NCBI GenBank assembly: GCA_016184005.1
Contig: JACPDL010000001.1
Location: 829 to 64,828, forward strand
Reading direction: 5' to 3'
Source of the DNA: Candidatus Aenigmatarchaeota archaeon
GTDB taxonomy: Archaea; Aenigmatarchaeota; Aenigmatarchaeia; GW2011-AR5
Length of the DNA stretch: 64,000 nt
The notes beneath the pieces were generated by a model. The model was not told the DNA's origin, did not search any database, and was given only the letters and a program-made list of their open reading frames with translations. This document shows positions 16,676 to 26,178 of this stretch, in pieces. Each line of letters starts with the position of its first letter. The stretch's first letter is position 1. Position numbers and translations under genes: made by a program.

Positions 16676-16864
16676 ATTATGATATGCTCTTAATACTCCA
16701 CGACTAAAGTCGTGGGTTTCTGAGAGCATGTCATCCCAACATTGTTTATGTAATATCTGCTGTCTAATCCTAAATCAAGCAAAGCTTGATTTGGATTTCT
16801 CAAAGGATTTTGAAGAAATCCTTTGCAGAAAAGACAGCAGTTTTAAGCAATGTTGCGGATAAAG
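16676..16864 (-). repeat. Family-3 double nested hairpin, expanded copy, following the stop codon of 16885..17286
   Basis: The minus strand reads TTTATCCGCAACATTGCTTAAAACTGCTGTCT[64-nt insert]TAGACAGCAG...ATAAACAATGTTGGGATGACATGCTCTCAGAAACCCACGACTTTAGTCGTGGAGTATTAAGAGCATATCAT. Confidence 0.85.
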
Positions 16865-16884
16865 AACAGAGAAGTCAGAGAACT

Positions 16885-17286
16885 CTAGTATCTTCTGGGG
16901 CCAAGCTTCATTTCCATGTTCTTCAGCCTTTCGTTTATGGTTTCCGTCTGGCTGCGTATCGCCGACAGCTGGGCCTCTATTATGTTCAGCCTGTCCAGAA
17001 TGTCGTAATTCCTTGATGATTCATCCTTATTTTCATACTGCTTACTTCCAAAGCCTTGATCGATAGTCAGGTCTTTCAGCTTATGCCTTTGGATTATCGG
17101 CTCTGAGAAATCAGGTTCCTGAGGCTGGTCGAAAGAAGATCTGGCCGGCAGGGGCTCAACAGGCTCGGGCATCCTTGGCTCATCCAGAGGATTGGGCTCG
17201 CCAAGAACATGGGACCTGAAATCGTATACGTCTTCATCGCTTTTCCTGTGCGCAATTTTATCCTTCAGCCTGCCAAATAAACCCAT
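16885..17286 (-). CDS. Hypothetical protein: MGLFGRLKDKI N-terminus, Pro/acidic linker and a C-terminal coiled coil
   Basis: It is a 133-aa ORF. The C-terminal LDRLNIIEAQLSAIRSQTETINERLKNMEMKL is heptad-like. No family could be assigned. Confidence 0.5.
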   Translation of the reverse strand: MGLFGRLKDKIAHRKSDEDVYDFRSHVLGEPNPLDEPRMPEPVEPLPARSSFDQPQEPDFSEPIIQRHKLKDLTIDQGFGSKQYENKDESSRNYDILDRLNIIEAQLSAIRSQTETINERLKNMEMKLGPRRY

Positions 17287-17449
17287 GAATAATCAATGGA
17301 TTTGCCGGTTTATATCTGTTGGTATCGCAGAATTATAGTGAAACCAGAAAAGATTTTGGACATGAATTTCTGATCTCACATATAGCTCACTGGGAATAAT
17401 ATCCAGATTCTTTACCAGTAGAGCTATAACAATAAAATCATCACGTTCT

Positions 17450-17953
17450 TCATGCCGGCGCTTCTCCCCTTGTTTCGCGCTCTATCTGCAGCGTGCGCAG
17501 CACGCGGTCGCGTATCCTGTGTATATCGTCTTTCGCGAAGTCTATGTATTTCCGCCTCTGGTGATAATAGAACGACCTGTTGTAAAACCACCAGAAACTT
17601 CTCTGAATGAAATTCGAGTATTCGTATGTTGTTATGACGGTGCCTTTCAGTTCAAGGTAGAGCCAGCCATGCTTGTCTTTCAGGCTCTGCGCGCCTTGCG
17701 CTATTGCCCGTATCGTAGTTCTTGACCAGTTATCGTCTGCGCGCTTGCAGAACCATGCGCCATAAAAGCCCCTTGGATCTTCAGTAGAATCCCAGCGCAC
17801 GTCTGTCTCAAATGTATCCTTGCCGGTGACTTTCATGGTGTCCCTTATGACACGGGGAAACATTGCAAAAGCAGAAAACGGATTCGGGCCGTTGTATCTT
17901 ATAATCAGCTTGTCAGTGGGGGCAAGTATGTCGTCAATTATCGAGATTTTCAT
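17450..17953 (-). CDS. Uncharacterised protein, paralogue B of an adjacent pair
   Basis: It shares I.Y.GP.P, W(D/E)...(D/E) and the C-terminal F(W)....FY...R.(Y)..FAK(D/E) with 17950..18468. The two genes overlap by 4 nt. Confidence 0.6.
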   Translation of the reverse strand: MKISIIDDILAPTDKLIIRYNGPNPFSAFAMFPRVIRDTMKVTGKDTFETDVRWDSTEDPRGFYGAWFCKRADDNWSRTTIRAIAQGAQSLKDKHGWLYLELKGTVITTYEYSNFIQRSFWWFYNRSFYYHQRRKYIDFAKDDIHRIRDRVLRTLQIERETRGEAPA

Positions 17954-18468
17954 GCCTGCCCGCCCTCCCTGAGGACTTCCCCGAAATGCTTGACGCTGCT
18001 TTCAAAACTTGTGACAAGTTCCTTTGCAAAGTTCAGGTATTCCATTCTTTTTTTGTGATAGAACATGTTGTGCCAGAATCTCCGTGTCATCTCATAAATT
18101 ATGTTCTGCTGCCACACCGTATCCTGCGGGTACTCTGTTATCAGGCGCGGCCTTATACGCATGTTGACTCTGCCCTCATTATTGACAGAGAAGCCGCTGA
18201 AGTCTATTTCAACGGTTATGTACGAAAACGTATCAAGAATCTTGTTGACTTCCCAGCCTACAGAGAATCGTTCGCCGTCTTTAGTCTTTTCCCAGCTGTA
18301 CTCCTTTTCCTGGACATACGCGTCTGGAACGTTGAAGACGACACGCACCAACTCGTTTATCTTCTTGTAGAATTTATCGGGAGCAGGGCCCGTGTAAGAT
18401 ATGTTTATCTCCTTTACCGGCTCGAAGACATAATCCCATATCAGAAGTTTTGTTCTTGCCCATACCAC
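17950..18468 (-). CDS. Uncharacterised protein, paralogue A of an adjacent pair
   Basis: See 17450..17953. It is divergently arranged with 18573..22455. Confidence 0.6.
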   Translation of the reverse strand: MVWARTKLLIWDYVFEPVKEINISYTGPAPDKFYKKINELVRVVFNVPDAYVQEKEYSWEKTKDGERFSVGWEVNKILDTFSYITVEIDFSGFSVNNEGRVNMRIRPRLITEYPQDTVWQQNIIYEMTRRFWHNMFYHKKRMEYLNFAKELVTSFESSVKHFGEVLREGGQA

Positions 18469-18572
18469 AGAAATGCACCTTATTGTTATATTTATGCCGG
18501 CCTTTATAAATTACCTTCTGCCCGATCTCCTTTTAGTGAAAAGCTTAATTATAAGGAATACAAATAACTAGC

Positions 18573-18908
18573 ATGGTATTCGAGATCATAGCTGCCGCTG
18601 TGCTTATAGCATTCGGCCTGCTTTCGATCTATTTCTCCGTGAGCGAAGGCGCAAGCGACGAGAAGATGCTTGCAATCCTTGCCATAGGCACTGCCGCACT
18701 GCTGCTTGGGTTATGGATACTTATAACAAAACTGACGCTTATGTTGCTGCTCCGGAAGCTTGGCGGGCTGCTGCTGACGATTGTAGGCGGCTTTTTGGTG
18801 TTTGGCTTTCCCGATATCGGCGACTACCAGAGGCCCGGGATGAGCAAGGCCGGCATATTCATAGGCTTGATAATCCTGATAATAGGCTTGTATTATCTAT
18901 TCTTCTGA
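18573..18908 (+). CDS. Small integral membrane protein (about 4 TM helices)
   Basis: It contains four hydrophobic stretches. It is the first gene of the plus-strand arm of the divergent cluster. Confidence 0.55.
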   Translation: MVFEIIAAAVLIAFGLLSIYFSVSEGASDEKMLAILAIGTAALLLGLWILITKLTLMLLLRKLGGLLLTIVGGFLVFGFPDIGDYQRPGMSKAGIFIGLIILIIGLYYLFF

Positions 18909-18957
18909 AGAAGAGAACAAACCTACGGTTTTTCTCTTTCTAATCTCTTTTCCCTTT
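18909..18957 (+). terminator. Family-4 hairpin with a T-rich tract
   Basis: AGAAGAGAACAAACCTACGGTTTTTCTCTTTCTAATCTCTTTTCCCTTTT begins 1 nt after the stop codon. Confidence 0.65.
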
Positions 18958-19019
18958 TGCCTAATAATGTAAAGCTTAATTAGAGACAGTCACATAAGAA
19001 AAATAAACGCGGTGAAACT

Positions 19020-20675
19020 ATGCCAGAGAAAAAGAAGTTCATACTAGAAGATTCTAATTTTGCCAGGGACAGGATAACGAGCGAAATAAAAGAGGGAAAA
19101 ATAAGGGACTTCAAAAAACAAATAGGCCATGTTATGATACTTCCGCCCTTTGAGGCCTATATAAGACTGGACGCAACGGGCCCGCCCGGTTTCACGTCTG
19201 GCATGCTGTATTCACTGTCATTCCAGGTGAGAAAATGGGAATACAACATCGTAAAAGCCGACGAATGGATCGAGGTCAACCCGGTACACGCGCAGTATTA
19301 CCAGCTTACGCACAGGCAGAAGGAAGAACTGGAAGGAAGGATAAAAAGCGGCCTTGCTTCAACTTCGCAATCTGTCGCAGACCTTGAGCTGCTCATGCAC
19401 GACGAGAGGAAATACAGGGAGTTCCTGCACTACTTCGGCTATCGCACTTTCAGAGAGATTGCTGAAGAAGCCAAGAAAAAGGATGATGCAGAGTCGCCTG
19501 ACTATGACTTTATCGATGTAAGCGAAGACCCGCAGAAGGCAAAGAAGCACGCTGATGAGCACTCCCTGAAGGCAGTGTTCATAGACCAGGTGGATGCCCA
19601 CACAGGCGAGGGCATAGCAATGAGGAACATAGTAGCCAGATGGCCCACGCTCATAACCGATTTCATGAAGATGAGCGACGAAGACATTGATGTCAACAAG
19701 GTAATGAAGAAGATGGATGTATCAAAGGCGGAAGCTGTAGTTCTGGTAACCAAAAACAAGCTGTATCAGGAATGGAAGAGGCTCTTCGGCGTGGAGATAA
19801 AATCACGGTACAACAGGATAAAGGAACTTGTGAAAAGCAGGAAAAAATCAGTAGAAGAGTACAGGAACTGGCTGAAGCCCACAATTGCAAGGCACAGGAT
19901 GGTGCAAGAAGGTCTTGCAAGCGAGGGGGGGCGGGCAGGATTAAGCACTGCTTTTATCAAGCATGAAAGCCAGGCACTTGCACTGTCAGAGATTGTAATG
20001 TGGATCTGGAAAGACACAGGACCCGCCACTGAATTCTACAAAGGCGGCACAGAGGAGCTGGCAAAACTGATGGCAGGCGTCGAGAGCGGCAAATCAAGAC
20101 TTTCACCATATGACAACTGGACAAAGAAAAACCTTATATTTCACCCGGAACAGGGGCTTGTGGTAAAATATCCCTGGATCACCGATGAGTGGGTTAAAAA
20201 ACAGCTGCCGACTTTCTATCCTCCTGTAAACCGGTGGATGTTTCCCCACAAGCCTTATTACGCCTTTTTCATCATAACCATGGAAAGGGCTAATATACGG
20301 ATGCCTACAGGGGCAGAGCTTGAGGACGGTACATTTGACGTAAATGCAGTATTCCTGAGCCAGAACGCGCTTTTCGTGAAGCTTCTTGAACTCAGGGCGA
20401 AGCAGGAAGAGATGAACAGGTATGTTGATGAGCTTATAGGCACAGGCCCCGCGAACGTTGAAGGCAAGGCCCTGAAGTTCGACGATAAAAACTACATTGA
20501 GCCTTTCAAAAAATTCTTCGAGTGGTTCAGCCTTGACTTTGCCTTCAGGAAGGGCGGGCCTTATGAAAGGGACTTCGAAGACAGGTACACGAAATATTAT
20601 GCCCCGGGCGTCATGGACAAATACAGGCAGATAACCGGTTTCATAAAGACCAAGATGGGCCTGGGCGTGGCCTAA
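19020..20675 (+). CDS. Uncharacterised 551-aa protein
   Basis: A long clean ORF in which I recognise no catalytic or binding motif. The central region is charged and helical. Confidence 0.7.
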   Translation: MPEKKKFILEDSNFARDRITSEIKEGKIRDFKKQIGHVMILPPFEAYIRLDATGPPGFTSGMLYSLSFQVRKWEYNIVKADEWIEVNPVHAQYYQLTHRQKEELEGRIKSGLASTSQSVADLELLMHDERKYREFLHYFGYRTFREIAEEAKKKDDAESPDYDFIDVSEDPQKAKKHADEHSLKAVFIDQVDAHTGEGIAMRNIVARWPTLITDFMKMSDEDIDVNKVMKKMDVSKAEAVVLVTKNKLYQEWKRLFGVEIKSRYNRIKELVKSRKKSVEEYRNWLKPTIARHRMVQEGLASEGGRAGLSTAFIKHESQALALSEIVMWIWKDTGPATEFYKGGTEELAKLMAGVESGKSRLSPYDNWTKKNLIFHPEQGLVVKYPWITDEWVKKQLPTFYPPVNRWMFPHKPYYAFFIITMERANIRMPTGAELEDGTFDVNAVFLSQNALFVKLLELRAKQEEMNRYVDELIGTGPANVEGKALKFDDKNYIEPFKKFFEWFSLDFAFRKGGPYERDFEDRYTKYYAPGVMDKYRQITGFIKTKMGLGVA

Positions 20676-20722
20676 GAGGAGAACAAACCTACGGTTTTTC
20701 TCCTTCTAACCTCTTTTCCCTC
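20676..20722 (+). terminator. Family-4 hairpin with a T-rich tract
   Basis: GAGGAGAACAAACCTACGGTTTTTCTCCTTCTAACCTCTTTTCCCTC begins immediately after the stop codon. Confidence 0.65.
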
Positions 20723-20763
20723 TAACAGAAAATTATATCTACAACCGAGACGAATTAGCTAGC

Positions 20764-22455
20764 ATGGCTTACAAAGTCGGCATTTCTTCAGGATGGTGGA
20801 ACATAGCCAAGGATCCCAATCTGCTGGGTTTGCCGCTAAAAGCCGGGTCGTTTGGCGCCACTACCGGCGTTCAGTTCAATCAGGTGGATATGGAAACCAT
20901 AACAGAGTTCGTTGAGCCGGATCTCAAGGACAGGTTCCGTCGCATCGTTGACAAGCTGGGCATTGAAGTCGGGCTGCACGGGGAAATAGGAAATATAGTT
21001 GCGCTTGAGTCCGCCGAGCGCCGCATATGGGAGCAGGCGCATGAAAGACTGTGCATTGCATTGAAGTGGGCAGCAGAGCTCAAGATGATTTACATTAACA
21101 TCCATTTATCACAGAATGTCATCGTCCAGCAGGAAGAACAGAGAATAAAACCATTTGGTTATCAGTATCAGGTTGTCACACCTTATGGTCAAGCCTTCTG
21201 GGAACTTGCCGAAAGATCAAAGGCTGTCAAGGACTTTATTCTAAGAAAATTAGATGCCCCACGAAACAGGGTTGCACCAGAAATCCAGTCAGAAGAACCT
21301 TTTTCAAAGGCATATTCAGCAGCCCAAGAAAATAGAAACAAGAAAATTAAAGAGAATATTGATAAATGGGTAAAAGAATTTCTCGAATCTCCAGAAGCCC
21401 AAAGAATGACACATGATCAAATAGAAAGACAAATAGCCAGAATACAAGCACAAGTTCAGCAAGAAGCTCAGAGAGAATTCACTGATATGGTTAGCAGCGG
21501 CGAATTTTTATATAACGCTTGGAAACGATCTCAATTTTCACAATATCTCGTTGACTCAGGTGAAATAGATGCTTACATAGCTGTTGGAAAATATCTACTA
21601 GAGAAAAACGATCCATTGTGGATGAACATAGTCGGCAACATGGACCCTGAAACGGCTTACAATGAAAAACCCCTTGAGTTCAACGCCGCTATATCCGCTG
21701 CATATCTTGAAGGGCACTTTAAAGTCAAGAATCATTCGAACAAAGATCATCTCCAAGGAATGAACATGGTCGAATGGTGCGAGAAGCACAAGATCAGATT
21801 GTGCATGGAAATGCCGCATGCGAATCAAGGACAGGAAGGATTGATGAGATTTTTTCATCCTCTACACTCGCAGTATCTTGTAAGAAAAATTGGATCAGAC
21901 TATGTCAAGCTTTGTATAGACTTTGAGCAAAGCATGGCGCAAAATATTGACATTGATGACATGCTGAAAAAGATGCCTGGAGATTTCGGCAAACTAATAT
22001 TCCTTCTCCATTTGGGCGAACCCATACCTTACTTCGGCACGGCGCACATACCGATAACAATCGGCGGGCAGGGACAGGAAATACTTTACAGATGGATATT
22101 CGGACTTCGCAAAAAAGGCTACAAGAGCGGTTACGTAATATTTGAGCGCGGAGGCGGGCGCGGAGGCGGAAGGGGCACGAACTACGATGTCTTCGAGGAA
22201 AGCGTCAAGGCCATACGCCAGATGGTGAAATATTTAGACCAGGATACAGAACCACAGCTGCTGCCTCCGGAATTCTTCGGCATCGGCTTCGAGAACCCTG
22301 ACGTGTGGGCAAGGCAGGTGGTTACCATGAAGGAACACGCATGGGATCCGCTGCAGGATGTTTTCATAATACCGGAAGAAAAGCACTTCTTCCTTGGGAG
22401 CTCGGCTGTCCAGAAAGGCAAGGCGCAGGAATGGGAAAGACGAAAGTTCAGGTAG
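20764..22455 (+). CDS. Uncharacterised 563-aa protein, possibly a xylose-isomerase-like TIM barrel split by a charged helical insert
   Basis: The N-terminal VGISSG...GIEVGLHGE...YINIHL and the C-terminal LCIDFEQ...FLLHLGEP...GTAHIP...GQG...KKGYKSGYVIFERGG resemble the AP-endonuclease-2/sugar-phosphate-isomerase TIM pattern. There is a GGGRGGGRG tract. Confidence 0.6.
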   Translation: MAYKVGISSGWWNIAKDPNLLGLPLKAGSFGATTGVQFNQVDMETITEFVEPDLKDRFRRIVDKLGIEVGLHGEIGNIVALESAERRIWEQAHERLCIALKWAAELKMIYINIHLSQNVIVQQEEQRIKPFGYQYQVVTPYGQAFWELAERSKAVKDFILRKLDAPRNRVAPEIQSEEPFSKAYSAAQENRNKKIKENIDKWVKEFLESPEAQRMTHDQIERQIARIQAQVQQEAQREFTDMVSSGEFLYNAWKRSQFSQYLVDSGEIDAYIAVGKYLLEKNDPLWMNIVGNMDPETAYNEKPLEFNAAISAAYLEGHFKVKNHSNKDHLQGMNMVEWCEKHKIRLCMEMPHANQGQEGLMRFFHPLHSQYLVRKIGSDYVKLCIDFEQSMAQNIDIDDMLKKMPGDFGKLIFLLHLGEPIPYFGTAHIPITIGGQGQEILYRWIFGLRKKGYKSGYVIFERGGGRGGGRGTNYDVFEESVKAIRQMVKYLDQDTEPQLLPPEFFGIGFENPDVWARQVVTMKEHAWDPLQDVFIIPEEKHFFLGSSAVQKGKAQEWERRKFR

Positions 22456-23182
22456 GCTTGACGAATTTAAGGTGAATGAAAGCAGGATAACCGTAAGCCA
22501 TTCCCCATCCTTCTGAAGTCAATTCCTTGGGAAAAGAGATTTCCTTAACTTCTGTTAAACGGAAGCCGGCCCGTATTGGCAAATTAACATATGCTGATAC
22601 AGGATGGCTATACACTGATGACGTAAAACAGTCTCCGTCTTTGTCGTAATAATCTTCCCTGAACATCTGGCTTTCAAAATAGGAGTATGGCTTATCTTCT
22701 AGAGGCCGGTGTTGAACCCAACATCTTTTCCCCGACCGTGACGGGCTTCCGGGCGCAAACAATACTGGATGGGTCACGCCAATAACCAGGGGAGACGAAG
22801 GCTTCAGCGTTCTGTAAGCTTCTTCCAGAAATTTCTTTATTTTGCCCTGCGAATTGTGTATCAAGACCCCTACGCAAAGAACCGCATCAAAGAACTGGTC
22901 TTCATAATCTGTCGATGTGATATCCTGCAATGAGTATCTAATTCCCAAGGCTTCTTCTTTTACAGCCAGAGCAAGCATTGATTCTTCCCTGTCGCAGCCA
23001 TAGACCAAAGCACCGTTCTTCGCCAGCAACCTAGCTACATATCCTGTGCCACATCCTACCTCCCAAACAGTCTTGCTTCTTATGTCCCCTAACAGCTCGA
23101 TAGCGTAAGGCCTGTTGAGCACATCACCTACTACCCTAGGCTGTTGCTTTTGCCAGAACTGCGGGTGGTCTTTATAACCCAT
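22448..23182 (-). CDS. Class I SAM-dependent methyltransferase
   Basis: Motif I is VWEVGCGTGYVARLL, and post-I is VYGCDREE. Confidence 0.8.
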   Translation of the reverse strand: MGYKDHPQFWQKQQPRVVGDVLNRPYAIELLGDIRSKTVWEVGCGTGYVARLLAKNGALVYGCDREESMLALAVKEEALGIRYSLQDITSTDYEDQFFDAVLCVGVLIHNSQGKIKKFLEEAYRTLKPSSPLVIGVTHPVLFAPGSPSRSGKRCWVQHRPLEDKPYSYFESQMFREDYYDKDGDCFTSSVYSHPVSAYVNLPIRAGFRLTEVKEISFPKELTSEGWGMAYGYPAFIHLKFVKPT

Positions 23183-23221
23183 ATCTTAAGAAAAAGCCTT
23201 AACGTTTTTATCCTTATGTAT

Positions 23222-23695
23222 CTAGCTAAATCTCTTCCTCAAAGCAAGCTCCACATTCTTTGGCACAAAGCCGCTGACATTCGCCTTGTTTCTTGCAAGC
23301 TCTTTTACAGTGGTTGAGCTGAGATAGAAATATTCCTTGTCTGTAAGGATGAATATGGTTTCTGTTTCAGGCTCAAGCTTCTTGTTTGCAATAGCCATCT
23401 GGAACTCATAATCGAAATCGGATACTGCGCGCAGGCCCCGCACAACAAGACTTGTTTTCTTCTTCCTCAGGTAATCCACAAGCAGGCCGGAGAACGGTTC
23501 AACTTCCACCCGCATGCCCTTCGTGGCACCTTTTATCATATCTGCGCGCTCCTTTGAAGAAAACAGGCATTCTTTATTCCCGTTTTCGAGCACAGCTATC
23601 ACAAGTTTGTCGAATATCTTCAGCGCCCGCTCTATCACGTCCAGATGGCCGTTGGTTATCGGGTCGAAGCTTCCCGGATAAACTGCTGTCTTCAT
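23222..23695 (-). CDS. coaD: Phosphopantetheine adenylyltransferase, bacterial CoaD type
   Basis: MKTAVYPGSFDPITNGHLDVIERA...VRGLRAVSDFDYE is the canonical bacterial PPAT sequence. The start is trimmed to the ATG at 23695. Confidence 0.9.
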   Translation of the reverse strand: MKTAVYPGSFDPITNGHLDVIERALKIFDKLVIAVLENGNKECLFSSKERADMIKGATKGMRVEVEPFSGLLVDYLRKKKTSLVVRGLRAVSDFDYEFQMAIANKKLEPETETIFILTDKEYFYLSSTTVKELARNKANVSGFVPKNVELALRKRFS

Positions 23696-23777
23696 AATGA
23701 TCACTGATTTTACAAATCCTTATAAAATGAACCGGCTATTGCTAAGAGATATTAAAATAAACAGGTAAATTAATAGC

Positions 23778-24143
23778 ATGACAAATCATCTTACCTTCGA
23801 TAACATAATAGAATTAAACCGAGTTCTTGTAAATCAATTTGGAGATGGCCCTGCCGGAGTTAAGGATGAAGGCACCCTGGATTTTATACTCGACAAGGCA
23901 TCTATGTCTGAGGATTTTAATAGAGAAGCTGCTGTTCTGCTCTATGAAATAAACACGAAGCATCCTTTCTGGGGTGCCAACAAAAGAACCGCCTTTGAGG
24001 CTTCCAAAATCTTTTTATTAGCGAACGGCATTAAATTAAAAGCAGGATTTGAAGAGGCTGTAGAGTTTGTCAATGATATGGCACAGGGTAAGGTAAATTA
24101 TCAGCAAACCCTAAGATGGCTCAAAGAACATGCGGTGAAATAA
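23778..24143 (+). CDS. doc: Doc (death-on-curing) family Fic-fold toxin
   Basis: The motif HPFWGANKRTA matches the Doc signature HxFx(D/N)(A/G)NKR, and the ~120-aa size is typical. Confidence 0.85.
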   Translation: MTNHLTFDNIIELNRVLVNQFGDGPAGVKDEGTLDFILDKASMSEDFNREAAVLLYEINTKHPFWGANKRTAFEASKIFLLANGIKLKAGFEEAVEFVNDMAQGKVNYQQTLRWLKEHAVK

Positions 24144-24230
24144 ATGACTGAGAAAAGATTTCATGAATTGATGAAAAAATCTATCAAGGAAGATGCGAAA
24201 CTCCTTAAAGCTCTTGCTGGGCAGAAGTAG
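24144..24230 (+). CDS. Possible 28-aa ORF abutting the doc stop codon
   Basis: The ATG starts 1 nt after the doc TAA. It encodes MTEKRFHELMKKSIKEDAKLLKALAGQK, a single amphipathic helix. It is too short to call with confidence. Confidence 0.2.
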   Translation: MTEKRFHELMKKSIKEDAKLLKALAGQK

Positions 24231-25601
24231 CTAGCGCTCCCAAGGTTCTTTCTTTTTCTTTCTATTTGTTTCATATAGCGATTCTGATTTGTAAGGCGTC
24301 TGCGAAGCGTAAGCGTGCTCGGAAGGCGCGGCGACAAAGGTTAGATTTCTATCGTCTTTGTAAGCCGGCTTTATCAGTTCCGGCCTCCATCCCGAGAAGA
24401 TCTTCTGGCTTTCTTTTATCTGATCAATCATCTTTAGCATGCTCTCAATAGGGGCAGGCTTTCCGGCGCCGGTAATGAATTTCCAAATGACCTTCCTGGT
24501 TTCCAGATCGATTGCATACATGTAAGTGTCCATTGAACCGAAATAAATGACGCCATTCTCTATGACAGGCCTGGAAATAACGACCCCGCCTGTCTGGTAT
24601 TTCCATGAAAGCTTTCCTTCCAGGGAGAAAGCGTAGAGGTTTCCGTCATACGACCCGAAATAAATATATCCTTCATGAATGAGCGGCTGCGTGTCTATGT
24701 TCCCTCCAGTCAGAATTTTCCAGTCTATAGCGCCGGATTCAGCATCCAGGCAGTACAGCTGCCCTGACCAGTCCCCGAAGTATATTTTACCGTCTTTTAC
24801 GGCAGGATTAGACCAGCTGATTATCCCGTCCATCCTTCTCATCCACTGCAAGCCGCCTGTTTCGCAGTCCAGGACATAGAAGTTTCTTGTGTACGCCCCG
24901 AAACAAACGGAAGCAGGGCCAATATAAGCCTTTTTTTCGCCAAACGCGCTCCATATTTCCCGGCCGGCAGAGAATACAGTCGGCGAGTTATCAACCCATT
25001 CGCCGACATAAAATTTCCAGACCAGTTCGCCTTTTGTGCTCAGGCAATAGAAATGCCTGTCGTAGCTGCCGAAGTAAAGGCTGTCGTTAGCAAAAGCAGG
25101 AGACATGAATATTGCATTGCCTGCCTTATACTTCCAGAGCAAATCGCCTTTCTCAGAAAAGCAGTGCATAAAGCCGTTTGACGATCCTATGTAAAAATTA
25201 CCCTTGTAAAACTGCCCCGAGATGGCATTCACCATGCCGCCTGTCTGGCATTTCCACGAAAGCTTTCCTGTTTCCGCATTGAGCGCATAGACAAAACCGT
25301 CTTGCGAGCCGAAAAAGGCGGTGTTGTTTTCCACAACCACAGAACCGGCTACAATATCGCCTGCCTTGAATTTCCAGACAAGCGAGCCCGTATTCTTGTC
25401 CACAGCATACACGTGGGTGTCAAGCGAGCTGAAAATAAGAAGGCTTCCAAGCACGACAGGGGATGACGTGGCCCCGCCGCCCTGCGGCCCCCGCCACATT
25501 TCCGGATCGCGCCAAGCCTCAGATCCCCGCGTTTTCTGGACGCCTTCGTCGCCGAGTTTGTACCCTTCGCCTGTCTTCACTTCTTGCCTGTAATCTTCCA
25601 T
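24231..25601 (-). CDS. PQQ-like beta-propeller repeat protein
   Basis: There are at least 8 repeats of the form G.L.WK(F/Y)..G......P.......Y(F)GS.D...Y(A/C). Confidence 0.8.
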   Translation of the reverse strand: MEDYRQEVKTGEGYKLGDEGVQKTRGSEAWRDPEMWRGPQGGGATSSPVVLGSLLIFSSLDTHVYAVDKNTGSLVWKFKAGDIVAGSVVVENNTAFFGSQDGFVYALNAETGKLSWKCQTGGMVNAISGQFYKGNFYIGSSNGFMHCFSEKGDLLWKYKAGNAIFMSPAFANDSLYFGSYDRHFYCLSTKGELVWKFYVGEWVDNSPTVFSAGREIWSAFGEKKAYIGPASVCFGAYTRNFYVLDCETGGLQWMRRMDGIISWSNPAVKDGKIYFGDWSGQLYCLDAESGAIDWKILTGGNIDTQPLIHEGYIYFGSYDGNLYAFSLEGKLSWKYQTGGVVISRPVIENGVIYFGSMDTYMYAIDLETRKVIWKFITGAGKPAPIESMLKMIDQIKESQKIFSGWRPELIKPAYKDDRNLTFVAAPSEHAYASQTPYKSESLYETNRKKKKEPWER

Positions 25602-26140
25602 AATTTCTCGACCTGCCTTTCCGTTTCCTTTCTTGCTCCCGAGTTGTCAATCACAAAATCAGCATATTTTCTCTTTTTCCTGTCACCCATCTGATGTTTT
25701 GTCCTTGCTGCAATTTCCCTTTCGCTGAAGCCTTTTTTAACCAATCTGCCTGTTCGCGTTTTGTTGTTGCAGACGACAAGTACAAGGCAATCTATAACAT
25801 CAAGGAACTTTGCTTCCACAAGCAACGGGGCGTCAATAATGACTATTTCTTTCCTTGTTTCTTTTATTATCCCCTTGATTTCCCTTTTGAGCGGCGGATG
25901 GATGATTTTATTCAGCCTTTCCAGCCTTTTTGCATCGCTGAAGACGATTGCAGCGAGTTTTTTCCTGCCGGCGGTGCCAAATTCCCGCAATATCTTCTTT
26001 TTAACGTGTTTGTTTTTCGCCGCGCGCCCTGCAAGCCTGTCAGCGTCTATAACAAGAATATTCCGCTTTTTTAGCATCTTAGCTACTGTTGTTTTTCCGC
26101 TGCCGAATGTGCCCGTGATACCTATAATAAGCTTTCGCAT
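25577..26140 (-). CDS. coaE: Dephospho-CoA kinase, bacterial/eukaryotic CoaE type
   Basis: It has MRKLIIGITGTFGSGKTT (P-loop) and a later DAPLLVE. I trimmed the start from 26380 to the ATG at 26140. Confidence 0.85.
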   Translation of the reverse strand: MRKLIIGITGTFGSGKTTVAKMLKKRNILVIDADRLAGRAAKNKHVKKKILREFGTAGRKKLAAIVFSDAKRLERLNKIIHPPLKREIKGIIKETRKEIVIIDAPLLVEAKFLDVIDCLVLVVCNNKTRTGRLVKKGFSEREIAARTKHQMGDRKKRKYADFVIDNSGARKETERQVEKLWKITGKK

Positions 26141-26178
26141 AGTATAAATTTTGTACTGTGGATTAAAAGGGTGATTTC

